Source: an uncultured Alphaproteobacteria bacterium
Lineage (GTDB): Bacteria; Pseudomonadota; Alphaproteobacteria; RF32; CAG-239
DNA: 64,000 nt
NCBI GenBank assembly: GCA_944391335.1
Contig: CALXTF010000006.1
Location: 3,296 to 67,295, forward strand
Direction of reading: 5' to 3'
The notes below the pieces were generated by a model, which did no database searches, was not told where the DNA came from, and saw only the letters and a program-made list of their open reading frames with translations. This document shows, piece by piece, positions 37,365-47,618 of the stretch; the first letter of the stretch is position 1, and each line of letters opens with the position of its first letter. A program made the position numbers and the translations under genes.

Positions 37365-40001
37365 ATGTTAGATAAAACTTACAATCCGAAAAATTTTGAA
37401 GAAAAAATTTATGCCGAATGGGAAACAACAGGTGATTTTAAGCCAAATATGAATAAAAATAAAGAAGCATACGCTGTTGTTATTCCACCGCCGAATGTAA
37501 CCGGTGTTTTGCATATGGGACACGCTTTGAACAATACATTGCAGGATATTCTGATTCGTTACAACCGAATGCTTGGTAAAAATGTATTGTGGCAACCGGG
37601 AATGGACCACGCCGGTATTGCAACCCAGATGGTGGTAGAACGCAATCTGGCAGCCGAAGGAATTACTCGTCATGATTTAGGTAGAGAAAAGTTTATTGAA
37701 ACGGTATGGCAATGGAAAGAAAAATCCGGCGGAACGATTTGTAAGCAATTGCGTCGTTTAGGCGCGTCATGTGATTGGTCGCGTACTCGCTTTACTATGG
37801 ATGAAGGATTATCTAAAGCTGTTCGAAAAATTTTCGTAAGATTATATAAAGATGGATTAATTTATAAAGCAAAAAGATTAGTCAATTGGGATTCCAAATT
37901 CATGACAGCCGTCTCCGATTTGGAAGTTATTCAAAAAGAAACAGTCGGTAAAATGTATTACTATAAATATCCGATTAAAGGCGAAGAAGGTGAGTTTGTA
38001 CATATCGCCACCACCAGACCGGAAACAATGTTTGGAGATACAGCCGTTGCTATTTCTAAAGACAACGAAAAGTTAAAACACTTAATCGGTAAAGAATGCA
38101 TTATTCCGATAATCAACCGTATTATTCCGATTGTTGCCGATGATCACGCCGATCCTGAAAAAGGAACCGGTGCCGTAAAAATTACACCGGCACATGATTT
38201 TAACGACTTTGAAGTCGGCAAACGTCATAATTTGCCCCTGATTAACATTCTTAATCCCGATGCAACTTTAAACGAAAATACACCCTTTGCAGGCATGGAC
38301 ACACAAACAGCCCGAAAAGCCACCATTGAAAAATTGGAAGAATTGGGATTTATGGAAAAAATTGAAGATCACCCGATGGTTATCCCTTATGGTGAACGTT
38401 CAAACGTCGTTATTGAACCGATGTTGACTGATCAATGGTTTGTAGATGCACCTGTTTTAGCAAAAGAAGCCATTCGCGCGGTAGAAGACGGTCAAATGCA
38501 ATTTGTTTCAAAGTCTTATGAAAAGACTTATTTTGAATGGATGCACAACATTCAACCTTGGTGTATTTCTCGTCAACTGTGGTGGGGACACCAAATGCCA
38601 ATTTGGTACGGTCCTGACGGCGAAATTTTTTGCGAAGAAAATGAAGAAGAAGCTCAAGCCGCAGCCGACAAACACTATGGTAAAAAGGTTGAATTAACCA
38701 GAGAAACCGATGTTTTGGATACTTGGTTCTCCTCAGGATTATGGGCGTTTTCGACTTTAGGCTGGCCGGATAAAAGTGAATATCTAGATACTTTCTACCC
38801 GACTTCGGTTTTGGTTACCGGTTTTGATATTATTTTCTTCTGGGTTGCTCGTATGATGATGATGAGTATGTACATTATGAAAAAAGCTCCATTCAAAAAA
38901 GTCTATATTCATGGACTTGTTCGTGACGAACAGGGACGCAAAATGTCAAAGTCCAAAGGTAACACGGTTGATCCGATGGAATTGATTGAAAAATATGGAG
39001 CAGATGCATTGCGTTTCTTTATGGCTGCAATGGAAACTCAAGGACGCGATATCAACGTTTCCGAAGCTCGTATCCAAGGTTATCGCAATTTTGCAACAAA
39101 ACTATGGAATTCGGCTCGTTTCGGAGAAATGAACGAATGTCTGTCTGTTGAAGGTTTTGATGAAACACAAGTCCAACATCCGCTTAACCGTTGGATTATT
39201 GCTAAAGTTAAGGCTATAAGCAAAGAGCTGACTGAAAATTTGAATAATTTCCGTTTTTCGGATTCTGCCAATACAGTTTATCAATTTGTTTGGGGATCAT
39301 TCTGCGATTGGTATATTGAGATGATTAAGCCGATTTTATATGGTGAAAACGAGGAAGAAAAAGCCGAAACCAGAGCAACTTTTGCTTGGGTGCTGAATAG
39401 AATTTTGATTATTTTACATCCTTTTATGCCTTTTATCACCAGTGAGTTGTGGAAAAACATCGGGACGCATAGCCAACATTTGATAAACGCGCCTTGGCCG
39501 CAAAACGAAAGCTATGACGAAAAAGCTATCAGCGAAATTGATAGTGTTATTGATTTGATCAGCAATATTCGTTCTCTTCGTGCCGAAATGGATTTACCGG
39601 CCGGTGCCAGACTCAAAGTTTACTTAAAAAGTGTAAACAAAGCTACCCTTGCACAGGTTGAGCGCTTTAAAACCATTATTTGTTCTTTGGCCCGTTTAGA
39701 AGAAATCACGGCTTATGACGGAGAAGTAACTTCCGATATGATTCAAAGCGTTTTCCGTGAAGCAAGTTTGTTAATTCCGCTCAAAGGAGTGGTGGATTTT
39801 GCCGCCGAAAGAGAAAGATTGCAAAAAGAACTTGTCGGGTTAGAACAAAATTTAGCAAGCTATGAGCGTAAACTTTCCAACCCGAACTTTGTTGAAAAAG
39901 CTCCGGCAGCCGTTGTCGCCGAGGAAAGACGCCGCCAAACTGAAGCATTGGAAAATAAAGCAAAAGTTGAAGAAGCCTTGGCAAGAATTGTCGGTTTATA
40001 A
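37365..40001 (+). CDS. valS: Valine--tRNA ligase
   Basis: 878 aa. PPPNVTGVLHMGHAL, KMSKSKGN, C-terminal coiled coil. Confidence 0.95.
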   Translation: MLDKTYNPKNFEEKIYAEWETTGDFKPNMNKNKEAYAVVIPPPNVTGVLHMGHALNNTLQDILIRYNRMLGKNVLWQPGMDHAGIATQMVVERNLAAEGITRHDLGREKFIETVWQWKEKSGGTICKQLRRLGASCDWSRTRFTMDEGLSKAVRKIFVRLYKDGLIYKAKRLVNWDSKFMTAVSDLEVIQKETVGKMYYYKYPIKGEEGEFVHIATTRPETMFGDTAVAISKDNEKLKHLIGKECIIPIINRIIPIVADDHADPEKGTGAVKITPAHDFNDFEVGKRHNLPLINILNPDATLNENTPFAGMDTQTARKATIEKLEELGFMEKIEDHPMVIPYGERSNVVIEPMLTDQWFVDAPVLAKEAIRAVEDGQMQFVSKSYEKTYFEWMHNIQPWCISRQLWWGHQMPIWYGPDGEIFCEENEEEAQAAADKHYGKKVELTRETDVLDTWFSSGLWAFSTLGWPDKSEYLDTFYPTSVLVTGFDIIFFWVARMMMMSMYIMKKAPFKKVYIHGLVRDEQGRKMSKSKGNTVDPMELIEKYGADALRFFMAAMETQGRDINVSEARIQGYRNFATKLWNSARFGEMNECLSVEGFDETQVQHPLNRWIIAKVKAISKELTENLNNFRFSDSANTVYQFVWGSFCDWYIEMIKPILYGENEEEKAETRATFAWVLNRILIILHPFMPFITSELWKNIGTHSQHLINAPWPQNESYDEKAISEIDSVIDLISNIRSLRAEMDLPAGARLKVYLKSVNKATLAQVERFKTIICSLARLEEITAYDGEVTSDMIQSVFREASLLIPLKGVVDFAAERERLQKELVGLEQNLASYERKLSNPNFVEKAPAAVVAEERRRQTEALENKAKVEEALARIVGL

Positions 40002-40011
40002 ATATCAACAT

Positions 40012-40053
40012 AAAACCTTGCATAATAATAAAATGCAAGGTTTTATGCTTTTT
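40012..40053 (+). terminator. Intrinsic terminator of valS
   Basis: aaaaccttgcat-aataataaa-atgcaaggtttt, a 12-bp stem followed by a T-rich tail. Confidence 0.7.
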
Positions 40054-40140
40054 AAATAATACTAAATGCAAACTGCCGTAAATACGTCGGGTAAATAGCA
40101 TAATTGGATCAAAATTTATTTTTACAGGGAATATTTTTAA

Positions 40141-40797
40141 GTGAAAATATACAATAAAATATATGTCGTTAATGTCTTTATATTTATCGGAATATTGTTT
40201 TTATCCATAATTTTTTATTTAAATCGCTACTATTTTTATCAATATTTACCTGCGGCAGATGGTCGTAATTTCTTAATTTACAAAGAGAGATTGGTTGATA
40301 AAGAAAAACGCCCCTTTAGTGGACGTGTTTTGGAAAAAGGAGATCATTTTGTTAATATAGGTTATTATAAAAATGGTTTACCAGATGGTTTACACGTTCT
40401 TTATCAAAATAACAAAGTGAAAGAAGTTAGTCATTGGCGTCATGGATTGCCGGAAGGTTCTTTTTTATTGTTTAATGATAAAGGAATTTTAGTGGAAGAA
40501 AATAATTATGTGAAGGGACAAAAAGATGGTGTGCGTAAGCAATATGATAATTTGGGTAAAATAATATTAACGCAGACATATGAACAGGGAAAACTTAATG
40601 GTATTTCTCGTCAGTATTATCCTAATGGTAAAGTTTATATTCAAATTAAATATAAACAAAATATTCCTAATGGATACTATGCTCTCTATGAAGAAGACGG
40701 TTCTTTAATTCTTGAGGCTTATTTTAAAAACGGCAATATAGAAAATGTTAAAGAATATAATCCGAAATATCATCTTGAAGTAAATATATCTCAATAA
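40141..40797 (+). CDS. MORN-repeat (YwqK-like) protein with N-terminal TM anchor
   Basis: GTG start. TM VVNVFIFIGILFLSIIFYL. Repeated YxNGxxxG units (YYKNGLPDG, HWRHGLPEG, NYVKGQKDG, YEQGKLNG, YYPNGKV, YFKNGNI). Confidence 0.65.
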   Translation: MKIYNKIYVVNVFIFIGILFLSIIFYLNRYYFYQYLPAADGRNFLIYKERLVDKEKRPFSGRVLEKGDHFVNIGYYKNGLPDGLHVLYQNNKVKEVSHWRHGLPEGSFLLFNDKGILVEENNYVKGQKDGVRKQYDNLGKIILTQTYEQGKLNGISRQYYPNGKVYIQIKYKQNIPNGYYALYEEDGSLILEAYFKNGNIENVKEYNPKYHLEVNISQ

Positions 40798-40877
40798 ACA
40801 TTAGTTTCTATGACTGTTACAAACTTTCCTGTTTCTGCCAACGGTATTAAACGCTTAGATAGATAAATGATAGAAAA

Positions 40878-40907
40878 CAACCGACATTTTTATGTCGGTT
40901 GCTTTTT
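40878..40907. terminator. Hairpin terminator between convergent genes
   Basis: caaccgacat-tttt-atgtcggttg, a 10-bp stem, then cTTTTT. Confidence 0.7.
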
Positions 40908-40915
40908 AAGGTATT

Positions 40916-42991
40916 CTATCGTTGTTGCTGAGCAAGATTTTTCATATTTTGTAAATTTTTTGAACGACTTAAGTTTCGTTTTATTTCAGTAAAATCATGC
41001 TTTGGATTACCAATTCGGCTAATTAAGATAGGAGGTAAACCATAATCTTTTAAATCTTCGGCAACATTATTTGCATGAACAATGGCATCATTTAAGAAAG
41101 TAGACACCGCATCTCTTTCGGCATTTCCTTTATAAAATTCATTATTTACCAGTCGTGTAAATTCTTCTTCAATATTTGTTTTTGCTGTTTTTTCTTCTGA
41201 TTTTTGTAAAACATGATATATATTTTTAGCTATTTCAGGAGGTAAATTACGAATAGATGCGTCTTCAACGCCATTAATCATACTTCTGATTTGTGTTTTT
41301 TCCTCATTTGTTAAGGTTTGACAATAGTCAGAAACGATAAATCCGACTGTTCCTTGCATATGAGATGGTATAGCTTGATTGCCGTTACTGTTTAGAGCTT
41401 CGTTGTAAACATTATAAAGCTTAGCGATAGCCTCCGCTGCGCCGATGGTTGCCGCCGCACCGTTTGCATGGTTGGCACCGGAGATATTGTTTTTAATGAT
41501 ATTTTCATATTCGCCGCGAAGTCCAAAGTCCTCCCACCAATCACGGAAAGGAGAAATATTATACGCACCGATAGCGCTACGAATACAACGGCAATCTGTA
41601 TTATTTTTATTATTTGGGTCTTGCCAGTTGATACCTTTTTGTTTTAATTGGCTGGCAAATTCAAGAGCAAGATTGTATCTGTATTCCGTTACTTTAGGGT
41701 TGTTTTTACCTTGTTTAGCTTCGGCGGCATCTATCATTTTATCAAATTTAACCTGACTTAATTTTAACCCGATTGGTAAAATTAATTCACGAGCGCAAGC
41801 TGCGCGCATAACACCTTCATTTGCATCTGTTAAAGTTCCAAATTTTATACGACGTATCCCTGCATCTTTATATGCGTTAATAATGATATCGGCATGAGAA
41901 TCATTTAAAGGTTTGTCGTGGGGGGTGGAAAATGAAATTTCCAATTTCCCGTTTTTATGTCTTTTAACATAAATTTTACATTCATTTTTTAAGGTTAAAT
42001 TTCCTTTTTTATCAATTGCACCATCATCTTTCATATTGTTTGGATTATCGGTTGGAAAGATGGTGAATACTTCATATCCGTTCACAAAACGCGTAAAATA
42101 GCTTAAATCTTTAGATTTATTTTTATTCATCCATTTAGTGATAGATTTTATGGCTTTATCATAAGAATCGGAGGATGTGTTATTTTCCTGCGGTTGAGGC
42201 GCAGATGCTGTTTTATTTTCCTGTGGTTGAGGCGCAGGTGTGGCCGTTTGTTGATTTAAAGATTGTTGAGAAGCAGGTTGGTTATTTAGCATCTCTGAAG
42301 AGTTATCAACTGTTTGAGAATCGTCTTCTTCTTGAGTTGTATAGAAATCTTCTTTTTGATTTAGCTCAGTTTCTGTTTCACTTTTAAGAAGATTAAACAT
42401 TTCTTCGGTTTTTTGATCTGCGTTTTCGAGTTTTAGCGCATCTAAATTAACGAGAGAAATAAGACCTCTTCGATCAAGCCAGGCCAACATATCTTTTAAT
42501 TGTTCCGGACTCATACCTGTGGGATCAAAGACTAATTTACCATTATAAATTTTAAATGACATATTTGTTGGTTGCAAGGATTCAATAGCCAAAAACAAGG
42601 ATCCATCTTTATCTTCGTTGATTTGTGCGTGAGCTTTATCTATGGTTCGTTCTTTGTCTGTTCCTTCATTAAGAACAAAAGTCTCACCTTTAGCGGCTTC
42701 TTTTAAAGAAAACAAATTTGTGTAGAGTTCCGGATCTTTTTCGAAAAGTTCCATATTTTTCATAGCCGCTTCACGGATAACATTTTCTTTATATTTGCGA
42801 ATAGCTTCGGCTTTATCTTCGCTGTTATTTTGTGTATTATCATCAATTGTTGTATTGTTGTTAGGAATGCGTTTACTTAGCAATTCACGAACTTCATCTA
42901 CAGAAAACATTCTGATATTAGTATATCTCTGAAAATCGAGATTAAAAGAAGGATATTTATTTTCTGTTGTTTCAGTTGGATTTTCGGCCAT
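40916..42991 (-). CDS. Large hypothetical protein (about 691 aa) with Gln/Asn/Pro-rich low-complexity linker
   Basis: Long ORF. I place the start at MAENPTE (ATG 42991), preceded by AAGGAG. The track start at 43021 would sit at the predicted transcription start. No family recognised. Confidence 0.6.
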   Translation of the reverse strand: MAENPTETTENKYPSFNLDFQRYTNIRMFSVDEVRELLSKRIPNNNTTIDDNTQNNSEDKAEAIRKYKENVIREAAMKNMELFEKDPELYTNLFSLKEAAKGETFVLNEGTDKERTIDKAHAQINEDKDGSLFLAIESLQPTNMSFKIYNGKLVFDPTGMSPEQLKDMLAWLDRRGLISLVNLDALKLENADQKTEEMFNLLKSETETELNQKEDFYTTQEEDDSQTVDNSSEMLNNQPASQQSLNQQTATPAPQPQENKTASAPQPQENNTSSDSYDKAIKSITKWMNKNKSKDLSYFTRFVNGYEVFTIFPTDNPNNMKDDGAIDKKGNLTLKNECKIYVKRHKNGKLEISFSTPHDKPLNDSHADIIINAYKDAGIRRIKFGTLTDANEGVMRAACARELILPIGLKLSQVKFDKMIDAAEAKQGKNNPKVTEYRYNLALEFASQLKQKGINWQDPNNKNNTDCRCIRSAIGAYNISPFRDWWEDFGLRGEYENIIKNNISGANHANGAAATIGAAEAIAKLYNVYNEALNSNGNQAIPSHMQGTVGFIVSDYCQTLTNEEKTQIRSMINGVEDASIRNLPPEIAKNIYHVLQKSEEKTAKTNIEEEFTRLVNNEFYKGNAERDAVSTFLNDAIVHANNVAEDLKDYGLPPILISRIGNPKHDFTEIKRNLSRSKNLQNMKNLAQQQR
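42181..42246 (-). repeat. In-frame 33-nt tandem duplication (2 copies) inside the large hypothetical gene
   Basis: tattttcctgCggttgaggcgcagAtg... and tattttcctgTggttgaggcgcagGtg... encode APQPQENKTAS / APQPQENNTSS. Confidence 0.8.
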
Positions 42992-43028
42992 TATTTTTCT
43001 CCTTGAACAAACTTGTGGCATTAGCTAT

Positions 43029-43057
43029 AATATACAAAAAATAAAATATTTTGTCAA
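43029..43057 (-). promoter_or_regulatory. Putative sigma70-type promoter of the large hypothetical gene
   Basis: On the - strand: TTGACA, 17 nt, TATATT. Lies 15 nt after the lexA stop. Confidence 0.5.
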
Positions 43058-43071
43058 TCTAAAAAAGTGAG

Positions 43072-43728
43072 TTAAATATATTTTCTTATAATACCGCTTA
43101 AAATACCTTGTACTTTAACTCTTGAGGGATGAAATTTTCTAATTTCATAGGATTTATTTCGCGGCAATAGGCAAATTTCATCTTTATTTTTCTGCCATAC
43201 TTTAAGAGTGGCTTCGGCATTGTCAATTAAGGCGACGACGATTTGTCCATTTTCGGCGGTATCGGCTTTACGAATAAGGGCGATATCGTTATTAAGAATT
43301 CCGGCTTCAATCATCGATTCGCCTTCTACCGTCAGGGCGTAATAATTGCCGGAAGCTGCCATTTCATATGGTATAGTGATATATTCATTTTCATGACAAA
43401 TAGCTTCTATGGGAGTACCGGCAGCGATTTTTCCACAAAGAGGTATTTTCAAGGCGGCATCATGTAAAGCTGATTTAATTTTTTTTTCTTCCTCAATAAT
43501 ATCTTTAGGTTTAAAACGAGGTAGTCTGAGAACTTCAAGTGCGCGAGCCTTATGAGGAAGTTTTTTAATAAAGTCGCGTTCGATTAATTCTTCAATAAGG
43601 GAATGGATACCTGATTTTGATTTAATGCCGACAGCCTGTTTCATTTCTTCAAAAGAAGGGCAGCAACCGTTTTCTTTGATTGAATTATCAATAAACATTA
43701 AAAGTTTATATTGTTTAGGTGTTAACAT
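43072..43728 (-). CDS. lexA: LexA repressor
   Basis: 218 aa. LTPKQYKLLMFI winged-helix N-terminus. S24 peptidase domain with VEGESMIEAGI and the Lys dyad region. Confidence 0.9.
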   Translation of the reverse strand: MLTPKQYKLLMFIDNSIKENGCCPSFEEMKQAVGIKSKSGIHSLIEELIERDFIKKLPHKARALEVLRLPRFKPKDIIEEEKKIKSALHDAALKIPLCGKIAAGTPIEAICHENEYITIPYEMAASGNYYALTVEGESMIEAGILNNDIALIRKADTAENGQIVVALIDNAEATLKVWQKNKDEICLLPRNKSYEIRKFHPSRVKVQGILSGIIRKYI

Positions 43729-43766
43729 AGAGCATGACCTTAATTGAAAAGAGATTTATAATATAT

Positions 43767-43781
43767 GTTCTACTTTAGTTC
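43767..43781. promoter_or_regulatory. Alphaproteobacterial-type SOS box (LexA operator)
   Basis: gttc-tacttta-gttc = GTTC-N7-GTTC (GAAC-N7-GAAC on the lexA strand), 39-53 nt upstream of the lexA start in the lexA/lysS divergent region. Confidence 0.7.
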
Positions 43782-43871
43782 TTTGTTGACGTCAAGTAAA
43801 TAATAGGTTAAAAACTGTAAATAGTTTTATTTTATAATCAAAAATGTAATTTTGAAAAATAGGAAATAATC

Positions 43872-45338
43872 ATGGCAGAAAATAATATTCACAGAGAATC
43901 ACGTTTGGTAAAATATAACAATTTAGTGCAAAAAGGTTATAATCCATATCCTTATTGTTTTAAGCCTAATGCCTTTGCACAAGATTTACAGGAAAAATAT
44001 AAAGATCTTCCCGCAGGAGAAAATACAGAAGATAGAGTAACTGTTGCAGGTCGAGCAATGGCGGTACGCAATAATGGTATGTTTATAGATTTGAAAGATA
44101 TAAGCGGAAAGATACAAGTTTTTTGTCATAAAAATCATCTAAATGAAGATGCGTTAGAACTTTTAAAATGTTTAGATGTTGGTGATTTAGTCGGAATCAC
44201 AGGATTTGTGCGTCGTACGCCAAGAGGTGAATTATCTGTTGCCGCAGAAAGTTTTGATATTATTGGCAAATCCTTACAACCGTTGCCGGAAAAGTTTCAT
44301 GGATTAACCGATATTGAAGCCAGATACCGTCAAAGATACATTGATTTTATTATGAATGACGATAGTCGAGAAATTTTTAAAAAACGTTGTCAAATTACAT
44401 CGGCTATCCGCCGTTATTTTGAAAATCACGGGTTCTTGGAAGTCGAAACACCAATGCTCCATCCGATTATGGGCGGAGCAAATGCTAAACCATTTACAAC
44501 ACATCATAATGCTCTGGATATGGATTTGTATTTACGCATTGCACCGGAACTTTATCTAAAAAGACTAGTCGTCGGCGGTTTAGATAAAGTATTTGAAATA
44601 GGTCGTAATTTCCGTAATGAAGGTGTGGATAAAAAACATAATCCGGAATTTACAGGATTAGAGGCATATCAGGCTTATGCTGATTATAACGATATGGCTA
44701 ATTTGATACCTGATTTAATACGTTATGTCTGTGAACAAGTCTTGGGAAAACCTTCATTTACATATAATGGTGTAGAAATTGATGTTTCCAAACCTTTCGA
44801 ACGTAAATCAATTGTCGATTTGATTAAGGAATACACAGGTATTGATTTAATGGAAGCGCAAACAGTCGAAGAAGCTCAAGAAATGGCAAAATCCATAGGA
44901 GTGGATGCTTCTGATTGTTCAAATTGGGGAAAAGTCGTTCAATTGGTTTTTGATGAAAAAGTTGAGTCCAACCTTGTTCAACCTATTTTAGTGATGGATA
45001 TGCCGCGTGATGTTTCTCCTTTGGCTAAAACACATCGCTCTAATCCCCGCTTGGTTGAACATTTTGATGCTTATGCGTGTGGAATGGAATTAGGTTGTGC
45101 TTATTCTGAACTTTCAAATCCTCTGGAACAAAGGGAACGTTTTGATATTCAAGCTCTTCAACGGGAGGCCGGTGATGATGAAGCACAGATGCTGGATGAG
45201 GATTTTATTAATGCTCTCGAACACGCTTTACCACCAACAGGGGGAATGGGAATGGGAATAGACCGCTTGGCGATTCTTTTAACCGGAGCAGATACTATTC
45301 GTGATGTTATAGCTTTTCCGACTTTGCGTAATAAATAG
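43872..45338 (+). CDS. lysS: Lysine--tRNA ligase (class II)
   Basis: 488 aa. [21 protein letters not shown], and class II motif 3 [14 protein letters not shown]. Confidence 0.95.
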   Translation: MAENNIHRESRLVKYNNLVQKGYNPYPYCFKPNAFAQDLQEKYKDLPAGENTEDRVTVAGRAMAVRNNGMFIDLKDISGKIQVFCHKNHLNEDALELLKCLDVGDLVGITGFVRRTPRGELSVAAESFDIIGKSLQPLPEKFHGLTDIEARYRQRYIDFIMNDDSREIFKKRCQITSAIRRYFENHGFLEVETPMLHPIMGGANAKPFTTHHNALDMDLYLRIAPELYLKRLVVGGLDKVFEIGRNFRNEGVDKKHNPEFTGLEAYQAYADYNDMANLIPDLIRYVCEQVLGKPSFTYNGVEIDVSKPFERKSIVDLIKEYTGIDLMEAQTVEEAQEMAKSIGVDASDCSNWGKVVQLVFDEKVESNLVQPILVMDMPRDVSPLAKTHRSNPRLVEHFDAYACGMELGCAYSELSNPLEQRERFDIQALQREAGDDEAQMLDEDFINALEHALPPTGGMGMGIDRLAILLTGADTIRDVIAFPTLRNK

Positions 45339-45341
45339 ACG

Positions 45342-46511
45342 ATGAAATCTAAATATACTAAAAAAACTTCATTAATTATATCAAGTTTTAAACGTCGTTT
45401 ATTATTGGTTATTAATAGCGTATTGCTGCTTTTTTTGTTGGTATGGCCGATTGTTCACGATAGTGATGCTTGTGAAGAGGAAGAGGTGAAAATCTATACG
45501 CCTCTTCCTATACAAAATAAAGAAGAAAATTCTCTAAATGTGTCTGAAAATGAATATTTACAAAAAGCTCTATCTCAAGATGAATTGAATAAAGAAAATC
45601 TGTTTCAAATAGAAAATCTTATATATCAAGGAACAGATGATATGCCTATGGAGCCGATTCAAAGTTGGGAAAAAAAAGTCGACTACATTAACGAAACGGA
45701 TTTACCGGCGGAATTAATCTATAATTTTTATGAAGAAAAATTACCGGAAAATATTATTGAACCACAATCAACATCTATATCACATCCTAAAATCAACGGT
45801 ATAAAAATAGACTTAAGTCGTAAACCTCCTTATTTCGGCAAAAAACCCGTGATCGCCATCGTTGTTGATGATATGGGCGTTAGTCACAAAAGAACAGCTC
45901 AAATTAGTTCATTGGAATATCCTTTAACATCTTCTTTTCTCACCTATGCCACAAACTTGAAAACTCAGATTTATAAAGCTAAAGAAGCAGGACATGAAAT
46001 TATGGCTCATTTACCAATGGAACCTAAAGCAAGTATAAATGTTTCTCCGGATGTTCTGACAACAAGTATGTCTATGGAAGATGTTGAAACACAACTAGAG
46101 CAAATGTTGGATAAATTTGATGCATTATGCGGTGTGAATAATCATATGGGAAGCCGCTTTACCGAAGATGATAAAAGAATGAATGTTGTTATGCAAAAAT
46201 TAGCGCAAAAGAATTTATTTTTTCTTGACTCTAAAACAACAGCTCATTCTGTAGCCCAAGAAGCCGCTAAAAAAAATAATGTGCGTTATGTGTCGCGAAA
46301 TGTGTTTTTAGATAATGAGGATAAATTTGATTATATTATCAGGCAGTTGCAAAAAACAGAAATAATTGCTCGAAAAAAAGGTTATGCCGTGGCAATAGGC
46401 CACCCTAAGGAACAAACTTTTAAAGCGTTAAAGGTTTGGCTGCCCACATTAAAAAGTCGAGGAATTCGTCTTGTCCCTTTAAGCGAAATTGTTGATGGAT
46501 TATACAATTAA
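45342..46511 (+). CDS. Divergent polysaccharide deacetylase family protein (YibQ-like)
   Basis: N-terminal TM. KPVIAIVVDDMGVS, HLPMEP, NNHMGSRFT. Confidence 0.7.
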   Translation: MKSKYTKKTSLIISSFKRRLLLVINSVLLLFLLVWPIVHDSDACEEEEVKIYTPLPIQNKEENSLNVSENEYLQKALSQDELNKENLFQIENLIYQGTDDMPMEPIQSWEKKVDYINETDLPAELIYNFYEEKLPENIIEPQSTSISHPKINGIKIDLSRKPPYFGKKPVIAIVVDDMGVSHKRTAQISSLEYPLTSSFLTYATNLKTQIYKAKEAGHEIMAHLPMEPKASINVSPDVLTTSMSMEDVETQLEQMLDKFDALCGVNNHMGSRFTEDDKRMNVVMQKLAQKNLFFLDSKTTAHSVAQEAAKKNNVRYVSRNVFLDNEDKFDYIIRQLQKTEIIARKKGYAVAIGHPKEQTFKALKVWLPTLKSRGIRLVPLSEIVDGLYN

Positions 46512-46626
46512 CATGGTTTGTTTCATAAATATTTGTATTATATATCATAAATCTCTTTAATAATTCTAAAATATATATTATACCTATTCTTTAGTATAGA
46601 TTGTAATATATTTTGGTTGAATAAAG

Positions 46627-47406
46627 ATGAAGAAAAATATTAAATATGATACCATTATCCCTATTGGTTGTTCTTGTGTCGCAGCTCAAGCTTTAAGAGA
46701 AAATAAAAAGAGAAGTCGGTCTTTTCCTTTAGATTGGATAAAACCGACCCATATAACATCAGCCGTTGATTTTTTAGAAAATCATTTTAGAGATTTTTTT
46801 AATAAAGAGGACTTACAAAGAAAACAAGAATGTGATAATCGAAAAAATATAGGCTATATAAATGCGCGAACAAATTTGTTGTTTGTTCATGATTTTAAAA
46901 GTGAAAATACCTTTGATGAAGAATATGAACTTGTAAAAGAAAAATACAATCGTCGAATAGAACGTATATATCAAACCGTAAACGAGAAACAAAATATTTT
47001 ATTTTTTTATGTTCATGTTCCTTTATTTTTTAAAGAAAAAATTTTAGAAAAAGAAATTATATCAGCCTATCATCATCTTTTAAAAATTTTTCCGCATAAG
47101 AATATTCATTTGTTATGTGTTTCACTAGATGGAAGCGGTGATGGATATATTAAGAAAGAACTTGCAGATAACATAGATTATGTAAGTTGTTTTGAATGTC
47201 AAACAGATGAAACGGATGAAAATTTTCTTGATTATTGCAAATATCGTCCGAATATGAATAAATTGTTAAAAGCATATCAAGTTAAGAAAAGTTATAAAGA
47301 TTATATGTATAAATTTTTTTATAAAGCGCTTGATGCTTTATGTAAGTTATTGCCGGCTAAAAAAATAAAAGAAAAAGTGCGTATGATGTATAAGGAATAT
47401 AAATAA
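46627..47406 (+). CDS. DUF1796-like (putative papain-fold) protein
   Basis: 259 aa. The N-terminal PIGCSCVAAQALRENKKRSRSFPLDWI resembles the DUF1796 start (LG..C..A..L....R....PFDW). Confidence 0.5.
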   Translation: MKKNIKYDTIIPIGCSCVAAQALRENKKRSRSFPLDWIKPTHITSAVDFLENHFRDFFNKEDLQRKQECDNRKNIGYINARTNLLFVHDFKSENTFDEEYELVKEKYNRRIERIYQTVNEKQNILFFYVHVPLFFKEKILEKEIISAYHHLLKIFPHKNIHLLCVSLDGSGDGYIKKELADNIDYVSCFECQTDETDENFLDYCKYRPNMNKLLKAYQVKKSYKDYMYKFFYKALDALCKLLPAKKIKEKVRMMYKEYK

Positions 47407-47410
47407 AAGC

Positions 47411-47438
47411 CTTGCAACATATTGATTTGCAAGACTTT
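47411..47438. terminator. Bidirectional hairpin terminator (DUF1796-like gene / tRNA-Leu)
   Basis: cttgcaa-catattgat-ttgcaag with T-rich tails on both strands. Confidence 0.55.
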
Positions 47439-47442
47439 TGAT

Positions 47443-47528
47443 TGGTAGGGGTAGTCAGACTTGAACTGACACTCTCAGAGAGAACAAGATTTTGAGTCTA
47501 GCGCGTCTACCAATTCCGCCATACCCCC
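47443..47528 (-). tRNA. tRNA-Leu (anticodon CAA), 86 nt with encoded CCA
   Basis: The reverse complement GGGGGTATGGCGGAATTGGTAGACGCGCTAGACTCAAAATCTTGTTCTCTCTGAGAGTGTCAGTTCAAGTCTGACTACCCCTACCA folds as a cloverleaf. It has a 7-bp acceptor stem (G1-U72), anticodon loop CTCAAAA, a long variable arm (CTCT/AGAG) and a T arm GTCAG-TTCAAGT-CTGAC. Confidence 0.9.
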
Positions 47529-47618
47529 GTTGATGAAAAGAATAAATAACGTATATTTTATATATCGTCAATAGTTTTTTTACTAAAATTTGATATTTAA
47601 TAAATAAAAAGTTTCCTG

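Noticed and set aside
42181-42246. A 33-nt direct repeat, considered as a CRISPR-like or regulatory repeat.
   Set aside because: There are only two adjacent copies with no spacers. They are in frame inside a long ORF and encode a duplicated 11-aa low-complexity unit.
47443-47528. tRNA-Leu as an integration hotspot flanked by an island.
   Set aside because: No integrase, excisionase or duplicated tRNA 3' end is visible on either side. The neighbours (a DUF1796-like gene and a TPR-methyltransferase) carry no mobility signatures.
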